DNA of 33,098 bases from Patescibacteria group bacterium (GTDB taxonomy: Bacteria; Patescibacteriota; Microgenomatia; UBA1400; PJMF01). The stretch is taken from the NCBI GenBank assembly GCA_049322655.1, contig JBMORP010000002.1, positions 238,915 through 272,012 of the forward strand, given 5' to 3'. The first letter of the stretch is position 1. Each line of letters opens with the position of its first letter. The notes below the pieces were generated by a model. It did no database searches, was not told the DNA's origin, and was given only the letters and a program-made list of their open reading frames with translations. The position numbers were made by a program, and so were the translations under genes. Positions 27,953 through 33,098 of this stretch are shown here, piece after piece.

Positions 27953-30900
27953 GTGAGAACACAGCCTGCAACAAACCAGCCTCTCAGTCCCACAAAAAAC
28001 GGTTTTTCCACAACTTCGTTGAACTCTATTGCGGGTTCTTTTACTTCCAGAATTCAACAATCTCAAGACTCTCTCGAGTCATACTTAAAAGAACTGCAAC
28101 AACAAGGCAATGCTGAAGCTACACTGAGAAACTATCGGAGTGATATCTCTCAATTTCTTGAGTTTTGCAAAGTTCATCAGCTCGACCCAGCCGCAGGCAG
28201 TGATGCTGTTGAAAAGTTTGAAGATTTTCAGAGAAAAAAACATTTAAAAGATGCTTCGATTAGAAGAAAATCTGTGAGTGTTAATTCTTTTTTAAGCTGG
28301 CTGACAAAAACACAAACAATTGATCAAGACCATTCTTCTCAAGTTTCCAAAAAAACCGAAAATAAAACAAATCAAACTCAAGAAGCTAGTTACATCATTC
28401 CAATTGCCATTGAAAAAATCCTCAACCAATACCTGACCACTCTCAAGTACAACACTATTTCTGACACTACCATCAGAAATTACCGCAGTGACATCAAGCA
28501 ACTAGCTGTTTTTACCAAAGCCCAGACGATTGTTGGCTTACTAGCTTTAGACCAACTCAAAAGATTCGCTGCCGACCAAAAACAAAAAGGCTTAAAGCCT
28601 ACTTCAATCCAGAGAAAACTAGTCAGTATTACCCAATTTGCCCTCTGGGCTCAAAGAAGAAAGCTTGTTTCTGGAGTAACTACTGAGTGGTCAGCTCAAG
28701 TCATGGATACTATCTTTGATAAAAGTGATGGCCCAATCGTAGTAACTCCTCCCACAGAAGACAAAAGCCTTGCTATTGATGTGAGAAAAAGGAGACGCAG
28801 AGAATCTCTACTAGCAGGCCTGGTGTTATTATTGCTTTTATTCGGTAGTACGATTGGCTTGTTCTTGGTTAAATCAGTTCAAGACATTAGACAAAGAGCT
28901 TATGTTGACCCCAAGCAAAACCAACAAATCACTCAAACTACAACCACAACCACCACCACAACTGGCTCTACCGATAAAAGAACCCTACCTTTCAGAGGAA
29001 AACTTTATAGCAGCGAAACTGGACAACAAATTACTGGTACCACTGGAGCTTCATTCAAGCTTTATAACAACGCTGCTGGATCTGGAGAAGCAATCTGGGA
29101 ATCTGGTGTGTGTGAGGTCTCGACTAATGATCAAGGTATCTTCGATATTCTTTTGGGTGGCAAAGAAGAAGCAGAAAATGGCTGTGGCCCTTACTTGTCA
29201 GATGACATCTATTTCGGTAACTCAAATCTTTGGCTATCAACCATCATTAACAGCGAACAGCTAGCTCTCTACCCAATTAAAACTGTTGAGTACGCAAAAG
29301 ATTCAGCCTTACTTGCTGGCTATCCAATTGGAGATCCAGTGATCAAAGAATCTATTCTTTTCATGAATGAATATGGAGAAGTGTTATTTGCTGATGAACC
29401 AACCTTCAATGTTCCAGAAGGAGATTTAACTCTATCTGGAAACAACCTTTATTTTGTAACAGAAGGCTTGGGAGGAGCATTCTTTGATAGTTTGATAGTA
29501 GCTCCTTATGGCTATTTTGGTGGAGCTGATAACCCAGCCTTAGTCCTACAGTCAACAGAAAATGCTACTAAACCTTTAATGGTTTGGGCCGACTCAACCG
29601 GCACTACGATGGGAGTAATTGATGCTAATGGTAATATTGGCTTGGGAACAGAAACCCCACAAGGACTTCTCGGCTTAGGAAACAATGGAGCCTATTTATC
29701 AGCATATGGAGACGATTTGCTTTTTTATGATGAAGCTAACGGTACTCTCTTAAGTTTGAGCCAATTAGCCAAAGACGAAGTCGGAGTAAACTATTGGGAT
29801 AAAACCAATAGTGATATTAGTTACAGCACTGGTAATGTTAGCGTTGGCACTTCAGTTTCAGAGCAAGCTTTAACTGTTAGTGGTAATTTACAATTGGGTG
29901 TAGCTGATGCTGATCGCTATATCTACTTCGACAACGGCACTGGAGATAATGCTGGCATCCGTTATAACAGCACTGACAATACGATTCAGTTTTCTCACGA
30001 TGGATCAACTTGGTCCAAGATTGGAGCTGGTCAAGTTACTTCAATTACCAGTACTGATAGCTCCATTACTTTAAATCCTACAACTGGAATTGGTGATGTT
30101 GATTTAGCACTTAACTTAGGCACTGCTCACAACTGGACAGGTCAACAAAACTTCGCCTCTAATGTGGGTATTGGTACTACTGCTCCTTCCTACAAATTAG
30201 ATGTTCAAGGCACAGCTGGAGATATTGTCGCTAGATTTAATGGTCGAGTTATTGGCGCCGATGCCGTTAATAGTGATGAGTTTGTCACCTTGGGGCAAGT
30301 AACTGGCTTAACTCTCCCAACAGGATCTGGCGGTGAAACTCTTTACTATGATGGTTCTGCCTGGGTCGCTACCACCAACCTTTATAATGATGGCACCAAC
30401 ATCGGTATTGGCACCAATGTTACTGATGCAGCTTTAACTTTAGCTGCTGACACCCTAGCTAGTGGTGGAATCAGCTTTGGTGGTGATACAAATATTTACC
30501 GATCTGCTGCTAATACTCTCAAAACTGATGATGCCTTCGTGTTAGGTTCAGTTGGAACTGGTACCACTAACTCCGTGATTACCAGAGAAACTGATGGCAC
30601 CCTCACTGCCAGAACTATCGACTCCAGAGTCTGGGGATCTTCTTTAATGAGTGGTTCTGGAACCACTGGTTATGTCACTTACTGGGATACAGACAATTCT
30701 ATTGCTGCTGAACAATACCTGAGTGTTACTAGAGGTGGTCTGGGTAGCAATGTGACCGCTCTTGGAGCCGGAGAAATTCTTTACTCCACTGGTACCTCAG
30801 CTTATGACTCCTTAGCTGCAGGTTCTGCTAACCAACTCCTAATCTCTGGTGGTGCCGCTGCCCCTTCCTGGTCTAATGTTGCATCCCTCCTCACCGCTGG

Positions 30901-33098
30901 TGATGATATTGATATCACTGGTACCACCAATGCTACAATCACCCTAGAAGATGATATTGATCTAACTGCTCTTCGTGCCTCTTCAGCTTCTGGTCTCTCC
31001 TTATATGATGATGGTGGTGTTCTTGGTTTGTTTCTCCAAGATGCTACTGGTAATGTCGGGATTGGTACCACCTCACCAGAGCAACAACTCACCACCACTG
31101 GTAACTTACAACTAGGTACTTCTAACGCAACTAGATATATTTACTTTGATAATGGCACAGCTAGCAACTCTGGTTTCCGTTATAACAGTGCCACAGGTAG
31201 ACTGGAGTTTTCTGATAATGGTAGTGTCTGGAATAATTTTGGTACTGGTGACGGAACAGTCACCTCAGTCACCAATGCTGATGGCACTATTACTGTCTTC
31301 CCCACTGATGGCGATGTCGTTGCTTCTATAAACCTGGCCAATGCCAACAATTGGACTGCTCAACAAACCTTCGGGGCTAATGTCGGTATTGGAGTAACTA
31401 GCACTACAGCTGCTCTTGATTTTGCTGCTGGTACCACTGCTGCAGCAGGAATTGAGTTTGGTGGGGATACCACTCTATACCGAGCTGCCGCCGACACTTT
31501 AAAAACCGATGACAACTTTATTCTTGGTACAGCTGGAGTTGGCACCACTAACTCGGTCATCACTAGAGAAACTGATGGTACCCTTACTGCCAGAGATATT
31601 GATGCTAGAGTTTGGGGATCAACTTTACTCGATGGCTCTGGTACCACTGGTTACGTAACTTATTGGTCTGACAGTGATACTTTGGCTGCTGAACAATATT
31701 TGTCTACTCTTAGAGGTGGCCTAGGTGGAGATGTAACTGCTCTAGGAGCTGGTGAACTTCTCTATTCTACCGGCACCTCAACCTATGACTCTTTGGCCGC
31801 TGGTTCAGCTAACCAACTTTTAATTTCTGGAGGGACTGCTTCTCCATCATGGTCTGATATTTCTTCTCTCCTCACTGCTGGTGATGATATCGATATTACT
31901 GGAAGCACTAACGCTACTATCACTCTAGAAGATGACATTGATCTGACCGTCCTTCGTGCCTCTTCAGTGGCTGGACTAGCTCTTTATGATGATGGTGGTA
32001 ACCTGGGTCTTTTTGTCGCTGATCAAGGTAATGTCGGTGTCGGTACCAACACTCCAGATACAACTTTCCATGTTGATGTGGGAGCTACCAACAGAAACAT
32101 TAAATTTTCTGCTAACTCTGGTTTTAGCACTGGTTTAGACATCTTCAGTGGCACCCAATACTCACAACTCATTCAAGAAACCACTGGTGAACTCTCGATT
32201 AAAAATAGAAACTTAAACGAAAACATTCAATTTATTGTTAATGATGGCGGAATTTTAACTACAGCTCTGACTGTTGAAGGAGCAAGTGGGAATGTAGGCA
32301 TTGGCACTAGTTCTCCTGGAGCAAAACTTGGTTTTGTTGCTGATACAACCGCTGCTGGTGGCATTGATTTTGGTGGTGATACAAATATTTACCGTTCGGC
32401 TGCTAATACTTTAGTAACTGATGATGACTTTAATGTCTTGGGTGGTAATTTGGGCATTGGAGCCTCAGGTGAAATCTACCTTTCAGCAGTTGATACGCTC
32501 AGAACCGATGATACTTTTGTTTTAGGCAGCATCGCTCTTGGCACCACTGACTCAGTCATTACCAGAGAATTAGATGGCTCACTAACAGCGAGAACTGCTG
32601 ACTCCAGAATCTGGGGATCTTCCTTAATTGATGGCTCTGGTACAACCAACTATCTATCCAAATTTACTGATGATGACACTTTGGCAAATTCAGTAGTTTA
32701 TGATGATGGAACTAATGTTGGCATTGGTACCACCTCACCAGAACAACAACTAACAGTTAATGGCAACTTACAACTGGGAGTAGCTGATGCTGACAAATAC
32801 ATTTATTTCGATAATGGAACGGCCACTAATGCTGGTATTCGCTATAACAGTACAACTAATATTTTGGAATTCTCCAACGATGGTACTAGTTGGAATCAAT
32901 TTGGTAGTGGCAGTGGCTCTGTTACTTCCGTCACTAACGCTGATGGTACTCTTACTATCTCACCAACTACTGGAGATGTAGTTGCTTCTCTCAATCTAGC
33001 TAACGCTAACACCTGGACTGGTGCTCAAACCTTTAATGCTAATACTTACTTCCCTGGTAGCACTATCATCGATACTGCTGGTAATGTCGGTATTGGTA
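27953..33098 (+). CDS. Giant membrane-anchored fibre-like protein with two N-terminal integrase SAM-like (core-binding) domains; partial, >1,700 aa
   Basis: Not in ORF track (no stop in window). Frame open from 27878 to the end; start GTG 27953 (or TTG 27902). TLRNYRSDI / TIRNYRSDI domains, TM at 28808-28870, about 11 GNVGIGT-type motifs. Confidence 0.88.
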   Translation, partial: MRTQPATNQPLSPTKNGFSTTSLNSIAGSFTSRIQQSQDSLESYLKELQQQGNAEATLRNYRSDISQFLEFCKVHQLDPAAGSDAVEKFEDFQRKKHLKDASIRRKSVSVNSFLSWLTKTQTIDQDHSSQVSKKTENKTNQTQEASYIIPIAIEKILNQYLTTLKYNTISDTTIRNYRSDIKQLAVFTKAQTIVGLLALDQLKRFAADQKQKGLKPTSIQRKLVSITQFALWAQRRKLVSGVTTEWSAQVMDTIFDKSDGPIVVTPPTEDKSLAIDVRKRRRRESLLAGLVLLLLLFGSTIGLFLVKSVQDIRQRAYVDPKQNQQITQTTTTTTTTTGSTDKRTLPFRGKLYSSETGQQITGTTGASFKLYNNAAGSGEAIWESGVCEVSTNDQGIFDILLGGKEEAENGCGPYLSDDIYFGNSNLWLSTIINSEQLALYPIKTVEYAKDSALLAGYPIGDPVIKESILFMNEYGEVLFADEPTFNVPEGDLTLSGNNLYFVTEGLGGAFFDSLIVAPYGYFGGADNPALVLQSTENATKPLMVWADSTGTTMGVIDANGNIGLGTETPQGLLGLGNNGAYLSAYGDDLLFYDEANGTLLSLSQLAKDEVGVNYWDKTNSDISYSTGNVSVGTSVSEQALTVSGNLQLGVADADRYIYFDNGTGDNAGIRYNSTDNTIQFSHDGSTWSKIGAGQVTSITSTDSSITLNPTTGIGDVDLALNLGTAHNWTGQQNFASNVGIGTTAPSYKLDVQGTAGDIVARFNGRVIGADAVNSDEFVTLGQVTGLTLPTGSGGETLYYDGSAWVATTNLYNDGTNIGIGTNVTDAALTLAADTLASGGISFGGDTNIYRSAANTLKTDDAFVLGSVGTGTTNSVITRETDGTLTARTIDSRVWGSSLMSGSGTTGYVTYWDTDNSIAAEQYLSVTRGGLGSNVTALGAGEILYSTGTSAYDSLAAGSANQLLISGGAAAPSWSNVASLLTAGDDIDITGTTNATITLEDDIDLTALRASSASGLSLYDDGGVLGLFLQDATGNVGIGTTSPEQQLTTTGNLQLGTSNATRYIYFDNGTASNSGFRYNSATGRLEFSDNGSVWNNFGTGDGTVTSVTNADGTITVFPTDGDVVASINLANANNWTAQQTFGANVGIGVTSTTAALDFAAGTTAAAGIEFGGDTTLYRAAADTLKTDDNFILGTAGVGTTNSVITRETDGTLTARDIDARVWGSTLLDGSGTTGYVTYWSDSDTLAAEQYLSTLRGGLGGDVTALGAGELLYSTGTSTYDSLAAGSANQLLISGGTASPSWSDISSLLTAGDDIDITGSTNATITLEDDIDLTVLRASSVAGLALYDDGGNLGLFVADQGNVGVGTNTPDTTFHVDVGATNRNIKFSANSGFSTGLDIFSGTQYSQLIQETTGELSIKNRNLNENIQFIVNDGGILTTALTVEGASGNVGIGTSSPGAKLGFVADTTAAGGIDFGGDTNIYRSAANTLVTDDDFNVLGGNLGIGASGEIYLSAVDTLRTDDTFVLGSIALGTTDSVITRELDGSLTARTADSRIWGSSLIDGSGTTNYLSKFTDDDTLANSVVYDDGTNVGIGTTSPEQQLTVNGNLQLGVADADKYIYFDNGTATNAGIRYNSTTNILEFSNDGTSWNQFGSGSGSVTSVTNADGTLTISPTTGDVVASLNLANANTWTGAQTFNANTYFPGSTIIDTAGNVGIG
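29831..33098 (+). repeat. Degenerate modular coding repeats within the giant gene
   Basis: Module A (GNLQLG..YIYFDNG..G.RYNS..W) starts at ~29831, ~31049 and ~32714. Module B (FGGDT..YR.AA.TL.TDD..VITRE.DG..R.WGS) starts at ~30431, ~31412 and ~32324 (partial). Confidence 0.85.

Noticed and set aside
28073-28651. Integrase or prophage call for the giant ORF
   Set aside because: Only core-binding-like domains are present; there is no catalytic tyrosine-recombinase domain, a TM helix follows, and no phage structural genes or att pair are seen.
916-32981. Short overlapping or antisense ORFs in the track (e.g. 916-1173, 2744-3022, 5033-5347, 5477-5935, 18271-18585, 28854-29264, 30802-31098, 31360-31647)
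   Set aside because: Shadow frames of well-supported genes, with no independent motifs or signals.
29831-33098. Diversity-generating retroelement TR/VR pair or CRISPR array
   Set aside because: Repeats are in-frame protein modules that differ at all base types, often synonymously; no reverse transcriptase and no repeat-spacer periodicity.

Overview
Chromosomal window from an AT-rich bacterium. Gene content and style suggest Patescibacteria/CPR, probably Microgenomates (inference): short ThrRS without a TGS domain, DUF2207, PEGA protein, split ComEC, PaaX-like regulator, MurL/MurD2 and a giant fibre protein. Housekeeping genes: thrS (partial), rplJ-rplL, wecG/tagA-type glycosyltransferase, murL-murD2, a divergent mreB, tRNA-Pro(CGG), tRNA-Arg(CCT), ndk, an M16 peptidase, comEA-comEC (split) and leuS. 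Three highlights are missing from the ORF track. (1) A >1,700-codon ORF from about 27953 runs off the right end. It fuses two tyrosine-recombinase N-terminal (core-binding, SAM-like) domains to one transmembrane helix and a long, repeated tail-fibre-like ectodomain, and lies divergent from a PaaX-like regulator. (2) A complete ribosome-mediated Thr attenuator precedes thrS (leader MILSAFVTTITTTTLG plus mutually exclusive hairpins). (3) An L10 leader with an apparent terminator/antiterminator switch precedes rplJL. All calls come from reading motifs by eye; no database searches or folding programs were run.
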